A stretch of DNA of 42,458 nucleotides from an uncultured Gammaproteobacteria bacterium (GTDB lineage Bacteria; Patescibacteriota; Patescibacteriia; UBA2591; UBA6264): assembly GCA_964580825.1 (NCBI GenBank), contig CAZOLB010000002.1:2145-44602 (forward strand). The letters are read 5' to 3'. The stretch's first letter is position 1. Every line of letters begins with the position of its first letter. The notes beneath the pieces are model-generated. The model ran no database searches. It was not told where the DNA came from and saw nothing but the letters and a program-made list of their open reading frames with translations. A program made the position numbers and the translations under genes. Shown here in pieces: positions 26,429-33,308 of the stretch.

Positions 26429-28705
26429 TTATCGTTTATCATGGCTATATCTCGAAGGCCGTCGCGAACTGCCGGAAGCATAAGGGGAAAGACGCGCTCC
26501 TTCGCGGCGCGGCCGAAAGCCCGGTCGGGAACTCGGACGAGGTTTAGGGCCAACCGCCGATAAATCCATGGTCAAATTGACTCTTCCTTGCTTGTCAATT
26601 TCGATTATTTTTACCGGAACAATATCGCCTATTTTAACTAAATCACTCGGATGCTCAACGCGATAATCCGCCATATCGGAAACATGAACCATTCCTTCTT
26701 GGCCGGGAACAAGTTCCATAAAAGCGCCAAAATCCATAATTCTGGTCACTTTTCCTTGAAAAATCTCCCCCACTTTAAATTCCCGAGTGATATTTTTCAC
26801 CCAGTCAGTGGCTTTGCTCAACGAGTCGCTGTCCGGCGAAGTAATTGAAACCGTGCCATCCTGTTCGATATCAATCATCGCGCCGGTCTTGTTAATAATC
26901 TCATTGATTATCCGCCCTCCGGGACCGATGACGTCTCTTATTTTATCAGGATCGATTTTGAAAACAATAACGCGCGGGGCGTAAGGAGAGAGCTCCGGCC
27001 GCGGTTCGGCTAAAACCCGCCCCATCTCGTTTAAAATCTCCTGCCTGGCCTTGTTTGAAACTTCAAAAGATTGCTGAATAATTTCAAAGTTAAGGCCCTT
27101 TGTTTTCGTATCCATTTGAACGGCCATAATCCCGTCAGCCGTGCCGATGACTTTGAAATCCATTCCGCCGGGACCGTCCTCCAAATCCTGAATATCAGTA
27201 ATGATTTTATAACGTTCAAAACCGCTTCCTTCTTTATTTTCTTCCGAAGCCAAGCCGACGGCAATTCCGGCCACCGGTTTCTTAATCGGCATGCCGGCGT
27301 CCATCGCCGCTAAAACCGAAGCGCAGACCGAAGCCATCGAAGTCGAACCGTTTGAAGAAAGAACTTCCGAAACGATTCTAATCGTATAAGGAAACACTTC
27401 TTTCTCGGGTATAATCGGCAGTAATCCTTTCTCCACCAAAGCTCCATGCCCGGTTTCCCTTCTTGAAGTCGATTTGGAATTTTTGACTTCGCCAGAACAA
27501 AACGGAGGAAAATTATAATGATGCATAAACCTTTTTCTCCCGCTTTCCTCCATCGTATCCAAATATTGCTCCGCGCCTGGAGCGCCTAAAGTAACTACGG
27601 AAAGAACCTGAGTTTCTCCACGGCTAAAAATGGCCGAACCGTGAACTCGGGGTAAAACGCCGACTTGACAATCAATTGGCCGAATTTGATCAAGTTTTCG
27701 GCCGTCAACTCGCCGGTCATTGTCCAAAATCGCCCGACTGACTTGGGTATAAATCAATTTATTGGCGTATTCAATCGCTTTAGCCCTTTTTTCCTTACCA
27801 ATTTGCTTTTCAATCAGGGCCTGCTCCAAACGCACGCGGATATTTTCCGCCGCTCCCAAGCGATCTTCTTTGGTTTTTAAAATATTTTTAAATAAATACT
27901 CCGGCGCTTCTTTATTGATTATCTCTTCGGTTATTCTTTTAAGCTCTTGTTTGGCCAAAACCTCTTCGCTGGTTAAGTCGCCGATCAAAGGAATTTTCTT
28001 TTTCCCCACCTTTTCCTGTATCTCCTTGATGAAACTATTAATCTTCTCAAAGTGTTTGACGCTGTATTTAATCGCCTCAAACATCAAGTCTTCTTTTATT
28101 TCTCTGGCGCCGGCTTCCAACATTAAAATCCGTCCTTGAGCGCCACAGACGACCAAATCCAAGTCGCTCTTTGCTCTGGCCTCATAAGTCGGATTTAAAA
28201 CCCATTCTCCTTTCCGCTCCGGAACGGTTGGCTGTTCGGCTGAAGCAATCAAGCCGACCCTGACCCCGGCCACCGGCCCATCCCAAGGAATATCGGAAAT
28301 GGATAAAGCGAGAGAAGCGGCCCAAAGGGCGACAATATCCGGATCATTTTCCTGGTCGACCGAAAGAACCGTCAAAATAATCTGAACCGCGCGACGACTT
28401 TCGTCGTCAAAAAGCGGCCTAATTGAACGATCAACTAAACGGCCGGACAAAATGGCCTCATCAGGCGGTTTAGTTTCTCTTTTAATAAAACGCGATCCTT
28501 TTATTTTCCCCGCGGCGTAAAACCGCTCCTCAAATTCGACTGACAAAGGAAAATAATCCAGGTCTCCCTGCTCTTCTCCTAAAACCGCTGTCGCCAGCAC
28601 CGTCGTTTCGCCGTATTGGACAAGACAGCTTCCATTGGCTTGTCCGGCGACTTCGTCGGTCTTGGCTATTAATTTTCTCCCCCCTATCTCCGTTTCAAAC
28701 TGCAT
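26429..28705 (-). CDS. pnp: Polyribonucleotide nucleotidyltransferase
   Basis: AAGKIKGSRFIKRE, DRSIRPLF, HYNFPP, RRETGHG, SNGSTS, GMDFKV, KH and S1 domains. ATG 28705 has a GAGGTG SD. Confidence 0.97.
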   Translation of the reverse strand: MQFETEIGGRKLIAKTDEVAGQANGSCLVQYGETTVLATAVLGEEQGDLDYFPLSVEFEERFYAAGKIKGSRFIKRETKPPDEAILSGRLVDRSIRPLFDDESRRAVQIILTVLSVDQENDPDIVALWAASLALSISDIPWDGPVAGVRVGLIASAEQPTVPERKGEWVLNPTYEARAKSDLDLVVCGAQGRILMLEAGAREIKEDLMFEAIKYSVKHFEKINSFIKEIQEKVGKKKIPLIGDLTSEEVLAKQELKRITEEIINKEAPEYLFKNILKTKEDRLGAAENIRVRLEQALIEKQIGKEKRAKAIEYANKLIYTQVSRAILDNDRRVDGRKLDQIRPIDCQVGVLPRVHGSAIFSRGETQVLSVVTLGAPGAEQYLDTMEESGRKRFMHHYNFPPFCSGEVKNSKSTSRRETGHGALVEKGLLPIIPEKEVFPYTIRIVSEVLSSNGSTSMASVCASVLAAMDAGMPIKKPVAGIAVGLASEENKEGSGFERYKIITDIQDLEDGPGGMDFKVIGTADGIMAVQMDTKTKGLNFEIIQQSFEVSNKARQEILNEMGRVLAEPRPELSPYAPRVIVFKIDPDKIRDVIGPGGRIINEIINKTGAMIDIEQDGTVSITSPDSDSLSKATDWVKNITREFKVGEIFQGKVTRIMDFGAFMELVPGQEGMVHVSDMADYRVEHPSDLVKIGDIVPVKIIEIDKQGRVNLTMDLSAVGPKPRPSSRPGFRPRREGARLSPYASGSSRRPSRYSHDKR

Positions 28706-28882
28706 AATTTTCACCTCGCGACGCCAAATATACCAATACATGCTAATGGCGCGAATATCTTTTACGTCCATTTTACCGATAAACGATTCGCATCATTGAC
28801 ATCTATTCGTATATCAGCGTCAATTTATTTTTTAATTAATTAACTTAAATATTTTATTTCCATTCTTAATTTTAGCGAACCT

Positions 28883-30193
28883 TCATAAAACTTCCAAGAT
28901 ATAAAATCCTTTTCTCTCTCCCGGCGCCGAATCGCTCTTAATGCGGACGCGGTATTTTTTCCCGGGCTGATAATGAAAATTTTTGGGGAAAATAGCCAAT
29001 TTCCCCAAATCCCAAGTAATCACTTTAATTTGGCCTTCTTTATCGCGCGAGAGTTTGGGCAAAACCACGTAATCTTTAAATCGCAAATCCAGGGCTTCAA
29101 TCGTATCTTTTAATTTTCCCGCCTGAGGTATTCGTCCTTCCAATTTCTCCAATATTTTCCTCAGCGGAACTTGAAGGGAATCTTTTTCGTCTTGAAGTTT
29201 GATCCACATATTTTTGCGGACGTTCACTCCTTGGATTAATTCCAGTTTAGATAAATCCGCGTCTTTGATTGAGATAAAAAAACTTTCCAGGCGCGGATTG
29301 TATAAAACGTAGCCGTCATAACCCGCCGCTCTCGCCGCCCGATAACCGCCCGCTAATTTTCCGCCGACATCAACCACCACCTTGCCGAATTTCGTCCCAA
29401 TAACAAAACCTTCCTGCTCTAACTCCTTAATAGCCTTTTTTGAACTTTCAATCAAACCCTTTTGTCTTTTGCTTTGCTCCTCTAGTCCGTATTTTTTTAG
29501 GTCGGCGGCGGAAAGAACTTCCTCCGGCGAGCGCCCTTGTTTAAAATAATCATACAAATTTTCAAAACTGAAAAATTTTTCCAGTCCCAAAACCGTCTTA
29601 TCGCTCTGATAAAAAAGAGTTTCGCTGTCGGGATATTTTTCGCGGTCTACCCGGGAAACAAACTGAACTAACTTTTCCAAAGCCGCGTCCTTTTTTAAAA
29701 ACCCCTTGGCTAAAAGCCCCAAATGAACCCAGCGCGCTCCGCACATGCTCGCCCGATCGGCGTCTTCGCCATGGTGATCAAACCAAGCGGTCTTATCTTC
29801 AATTTCTATGCCAGTCTTGTTTCCCGTATCCAAATTAATCGCTCCGGATTTAAAATCTCCGGGGCGGACATAAGTCACTTGACTGACATCAAATCCGGCC
29901 AATTTGAACAGCCCCAAACAAGCCTTCCCGTCCAAATCGGAAAATGGCAATAACTTTATTTTTTTCTCCTTTGGGTCAAATCTTAAAACTCCATGAACAA
30001 CAAAATCTTTCCACAACTCTCTTGATTTTTCTCTGAATATTTCTTCTGACTCCTCTCTCTCGCCGACTTTCGCTTCTTCGCTTCGGGAGAAAGTAATTTC
30101 TTCCATTTTTCGGCTGGCCTCGCCTAAAATATCCGCGTATCTTTCCGTTTGCGATTTATGAGGACTGATTTTAAATTCTTCCATTTTGCCCAT
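28883..30193 (-). CDS. Hypothetical protein, divergent DHH-superfamily phosphoesterase-like
   Basis: Ordered motifs SDLDG, INLDTG, FDHHG, SRVD resemble DHH motifs I-IV. Confidence 0.55.
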   Translation of the reverse strand: MGKMEEFKISPHKSQTERYADILGEASRKMEEITFSRSEEAKVGEREESEEIFREKSRELWKDFVVHGVLRFDPKEKKIKLLPFSDLDGKACLGLFKLAGFDVSQVTYVRPGDFKSGAINLDTGNKTGIEIEDKTAWFDHHGEDADRASMCGARWVHLGLLAKGFLKKDAALEKLVQFVSRVDREKYPDSETLFYQSDKTVLGLEKFFSFENLYDYFKQGRSPEEVLSAADLKKYGLEEQSKRQKGLIESSKKAIKELEQEGFVIGTKFGKVVVDVGGKLAGGYRAARAAGYDGYVLYNPRLESFFISIKDADLSKLELIQGVNVRKNMWIKLQDEKDSLQVPLRKILEKLEGRIPQAGKLKDTIEALDLRFKDYVVLPKLSRDKEGQIKVITWDLGKLAIFPKNFHYQPGKKYRVRIKSDSAPGERKGFYILEVL

Positions 30194-30223
30194 GTTTTTA
30201 AAAGCGCCAGGCGCGAAAAATCT

Positions 30224-30772
30224 TTACGAAACCGATTTCTGTGCCCGCGATTTTACGAACCTTCCTTCTTTCGCGGCGTCTATTAGAAATCTCTTTTTCG
30301 ACTTACTCAAATCAGTGTACTCGTCAACCACTTCAATCAGTTTGGAAGAAGTGGTTTCGCCAAAAGCCATCACTTCAACCCGACATCCTTTGTTTTCGCG
30401 CAGATAAAAAATCAAAGGGATATAATCCCCGTCGCCGGTAACCAAAACGATAGTATCCAGTTTATCCGCCAATTTAATGGCGTCAATGGCTAAACCGACG
30501 TCCCAATCCGCCTTTTTCATTCCTCCGGGAAAAATCTGCAAATCCTTGATTTTTAACTCAAATCCCTGTTTAAAAATGGCGTCGAAAAAATTCTGTTCCT
30601 CCCGCGTTTTGGATCTGATAACATAAGCAATCGCCCGAATAAGCTGACGTTCGGCCACCGCAGTTTCCAAAACCTTGGCAAAATTGACATTCGCTCCGTA
30701 CAGATTCTTAGCCGAATGATACATGTTTTGGACATCGACAAAAATCCCAACTCTCTGATTCTTATATTTCAT
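30224..30772 (-). CDS. NYN domain (LabA/DUF88, PIN-like) protein
   Basis: IFVDVQN, KADWDVGLAID, LVTGDGDYIP, GCRVEV. Confidence 0.92.
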   Translation of the reverse strand: MKYKNQRVGIFVDVQNMYHSAKNLYGANVNFAKVLETAVAERQLIRAIAYVIRSKTREEQNFFDAIFKQGFELKIKDLQIFPGGMKKADWDVGLAIDAIKLADKLDTIVLVTGDGDYIPLIFYLRENKGCRVEVMAFGETTSSKLIEVVDEYTDLSKSKKRFLIDAAKEGRFVKSRAQKSVS

Positions 30773-30836
30773 ATAAATATAATACTAATAAATCTATAAA
30801 TAATAACTGATCTACCGCCAGATAAACAAATTCGTA

Positions 30837-31115
30837 TTATGCTTTTATTCTCTTGACCATCTTCTCGTAACTTTTAGGATTGTTGACTCTCAGGTATTTC
30901 AAGAGATTCCGGCGTTGGCCGACTTTCTTTAATAAGCCGCGCCGAGAAGAAAAATCATGAATATGAAAATTTAAATGTTCGGTCAAATTTTTTATTTCTT
31001 TGGTTAACAAACCGATTTGCACTTCGGCCGAACCCGTATCTTTTTCATTCTTTTGCGTTTCTTTGATGATTTTCATTTTTTCCGGTTTTTCCCTTTTATT
31101 CTTATTTTTAGACAT
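30837..31115 (-). CDS. rpsO: 30S ribosomal protein S15
   Basis: DTGSAEVQI, HDFSSRRGLLKKVGQRRNLLKYL. Confidence 0.97.
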   Translation of the reverse strand: MSKNKNKREKPEKMKIIKETQKNEKDTGSAEVQIGLLTKEIKNLTEHLNFHIHDFSSRRGLLKKVGQRRNLLKYLRVNNPKSYEKMVKRIKA

Positions 31116-31250
31116 AAATATTTCTTTAATTGATTATTACGGAAAGAGGCGTTCCGTCGAATTAACGTAATTAACGTTTTTAATTTTAACATAAAACCGA
31201 TTTAATGGCAAGCTTCATTTTAAAACAAATTAGCCGAAAACTAAACACGA

Positions 31251-31278
31251 TTGACAATTTCTTTTTCTCGAATATGAT
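31251..31278 (+). promoter_or_regulatory. Promoter of the VanZ-family gene (leaderless)
   Basis: TTGACA-16 bp-TATGAT, then 7 nt to the ATG at 31286. Confidence 0.7.
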
Positions 31279-31285
31279 AAACCGT

Positions 31286-31639
31286 ATGATTAAAAAATTC
31301 GTCGGACTTTGGTTGCCCGTAATTTGCTGGGCGGGGTTAATTTTTTTTCTTTCTTCCCTCCCGAACTTGCGCACTAACTTTGAAGCGCTCTGGGACACTA
31401 TCTTAAGAAAAGCTGCCCATTTAACCGAATACGGCATTTTATTTCTGCTATTGTCCCGGCCAATGAATAAATCCTTGAAATGGGCTGTCATTCTTTGTTT
31501 TATTTACGCCCTTTCCGACGAATTCCATCAGTCGTTTATTCCGGGCAGAGAAATGGCTTTGGCTGACATTTGTTTCGACAGCGCCGGCGTTTTGACCGGT
31601 TATTTGGCAAACAAGAAGCGGAGTGTCGCAAAATATTGA
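31286..31639 (+). CDS. VanZ family membrane protein
   Basis: W..IFFLSS, RKAAHLTEYGIL, YALSDEFHQSFIPGR, D...DSAG. Confidence 0.88.
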   Translation: MIKKFVGLWLPVICWAGLIFFLSSLPNLRTNFEALWDTILRKAAHLTEYGILFLLLSRPMNKSLKWAVILCFIYALSDEFHQSFIPGREMALADICFDSAGVLTGYLANKKRSVAKY

Positions 31640-31663
31640 CAATTTATCCAAAACTGCCAAAAT
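31636..31663 (+). promoter_or_regulatory. Candidate promoter of the tyrosine recombinase gene
   Basis: TTGACA-16 bp-CAAAAT, then 8 nt to the ATG. Confidence 0.55.
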
Positions 31664-31671
31664 AATCCAAT

Positions 31672-32652
31672 ATGCTTCAAAATTTAAAAATTTTGATCAC
31701 GGAATTTCTGGAACATTTGGAGATCGAAAAAGGCGCCAGCCAATTGACAATAAGAAATTATCATTTTTATTTAAAAAGATTTCTTGACCAAACGGCGGCC
31801 GAATCTCCGGACCAAATCACCACCGAAACGACCAGAAAGTACCGTTTGTGGCTGTCCCGCCTTAAAAATCCGCGTGGCGGCAATCTTTCTCCGGCTACGC
31901 AAAACTATCACTTGATCGCCCTGAGGGTTTTTCTGAAATATTTGGCTAAACGCGACATTAAATCTCTGGCGCCGGAAAAAATCGACCTGGCTAAAACCGG
32001 CGAAAGACAAATTTCTTTTTTAGAAGGAAACGATTTGGAAAAATTCCTGGCGGCGCCGCTGACGCCGATCAAAAACAAAAACAGCGAAATCATTCAGTTA
32101 AGAGACAAATCTATTTTGGAACTGCTTTTCTCAACCGGTCTGCGGGTCAGCGAATTGGCCAATTTAAAAAAAGAAGACATTAATCTGGAAAAGGATGAAT
32201 TCTCCGTCCGCGGCAAAGGCAGTCGGTACCGGGTAGTTTTTCTTTCCCATCAGGCGAAATACTGGCTTAAAAAATATCTTGAAAAACGCCTTGACTTGGA
32301 ACCGTTTTTGTTTATCCGCCATGACCGGGCGGCAAACAAAAAAACGACTAATAATAAAAATGTTCCTTTTGAAAATCTGACTCCCCGCTCCGTTCAACGA
32401 CTGGTCAAAAGATACGCCAAAATGGCTGGCTTAACTAAAAAAATCACCCCCCACAGCCTGAGGCATTCTTACGGCACCGACCTTTTGGCCGGCGGGGCCG
32501 ACATTCGGGCGGTCCAAGAACTGCTGGGGCACAAAAATATCACTACGACCCAAATTTATACCCACATTACCGACCAACACCTCAAAGAGGTTTATCAGGC
32601 CTTTCACGGCCGACGGCGAAAAACACGGGAAAACCAACAACACTCCCTGTAG
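31672..32652 (+). CDS. Tyrosine recombinase, XerC/XerD family
   Basis: SAM-like N-domain; TGLRVSEL, RGKG, HSLRHS, LLGH, TQIYTH catalytic set complete. Confidence 0.9.
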   Translation: MLQNLKILITEFLEHLEIEKGASQLTIRNYHFYLKRFLDQTAAESPDQITTETTRKYRLWLSRLKNPRGGNLSPATQNYHLIALRVFLKYLAKRDIKSLAPEKIDLAKTGERQISFLEGNDLEKFLAAPLTPIKNKNSEIIQLRDKSILELLFSTGLRVSELANLKKEDINLEKDEFSVRGKGSRYRVVFLSHQAKYWLKKYLEKRLDLEPFLFIRHDRAANKKTTNNKNVPFENLTPRSVQRLVKRYAKMAGLTKKITPHSLRHSYGTDLLAGGADIRAVQELLGHKNITTTQIYTHITDQHLKEVYQAFHGRRRKTRENQQHSL

Positions 32653-32717
32653 TTCAACGGACAGAACGAGGGCCTTCTAAGCCCTAGATAGAGGTCCGAC
32701 TCCTCTCAGGGAGACCA
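32643..32717 (+). tRNA. tRNA-Arg(TCT)
   Basis: Acceptor CTCCCTG/CAGGGAG-A-CCA. Anticodon arm AGGGC-CTTCTAA-GCCCT. T arm AGAGG-TCCGACT-CCTCT. Confidence 0.92.
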
Positions 32718-32743
32718 AAATTTAAAATTAAATCTTCGAAAAT

Positions 32744-32815
32744 GGTGGCTATAGTTTAATGGTAAAACTGCGGATTGTGGCTCCGCTGACGAGAGTTCGA
32801 TTCTCTCTAGCCACC
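32744..32815 (+). tRNA. tRNA-His(GTG)
   Basis: G-1 plus GTGGCTA/TAGCCAC-C. Anticodon arm GCGGA-TTGTGGC-TCCGC. T arm GAGAG-TTCGATT-CTCTC. Confidence 0.95.
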
Positions 32816-32904
32816 CCTTTTAATGTTTATACAAAACAAAAAAATCGGAATTTTTCCAACTTTTTTGTTTTCCTCAAATCAAATCCATCGGCCGGCCAAT
32901 AATA

Positions 32905-32932
32905 TTGACAACTCGCAAGAAAATACTAAAAT
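32905..32932 (+). promoter_or_regulatory. Sigma70 promoter for the ORF at 32979
   Basis: TTGACA-16 bp-TAAAAT; GGGGGTGG SD-like sequence before the ATG. Confidence 0.7.
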
Positions 32933-32978
32933 TAAATAAAGATCTTTTAAAACTTTTAAAAAACAATGGGGGTGGATT

Positions 32979-33272
32979 ATGAGAAAAGAAAGGAAGATTG
33001 TCCTTTTTGATTGTGAGAAAGAAATAATCGAAATATTAAACTCATGCCTGGAGAAAAACCTAACTGTCAACATCACCTATGCCGAGGATTCTAAAAGCCG
33101 CGAATGCCAGATCACGGGGAAAATCAGATCGATAAAAAGAATAAATGGAGAAAACAGCCAATACTACTGCAATCTGCTAACGCCAAACAATCAATTCATC
33201 TGTTGTCGCCTTACAGGGATTCGAAAAATCGAACAAATTCTCGAAGAGAACGGTTTCCGCCATTCTCAGTAA
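32979..33272 (+). CDS. Hypothetical 97-aa protein, possibly YolD/WYL-like beta-barrel
   Basis: Has its own promoter, SD and terminator. Pattern LNSCLEKNLTVNITY...ITGKIRSI...LTGIRKIE. Confidence 0.7.
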   Translation: MRKERKIVLFDCEKEIIEILNSCLEKNLTVNITYAEDSKSRECQITGKIRSIKRINGENSQYYCNLLTPNNQFICCRLTGIRKIEQILEENGFRHSQ

Positions 33273-33275
33273 TTT

Positions 33276-33308
33276 ATAAAAACAGACCTCCTGGGGGTCT
33301 GTTTTTAT
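33276..33308. terminator. Bidirectional intrinsic terminator
   Basis: ATAAAAACAGACCTC-CTG-GGGGTCTGTTTTTAT between convergent genes. Confidence 0.8.

Noticed and set aside
31205-31285. Longer start for the VanZ-family gene
   Set aside because: The region contains that gene's own promoter and the divergent rpsO -35 box.
32816-32818. Missing CCA on tRNA-His (CCT follows) and tRNA-Thr taken as a sign of pseudogenes
   Set aside because: The cloverleaves are intact, and non-encoded CCA is common where a CCA-adding enzyme exists.
31672-33272. Tyrosine recombinase next to tRNAs read as an integrated element or prophage
   Set aside because: The protein looks like a chromosomal XerC/D type, no duplicated tRNA 3' end (att) is seen, and the flanks are housekeeping genes with no phage or conjugation genes.
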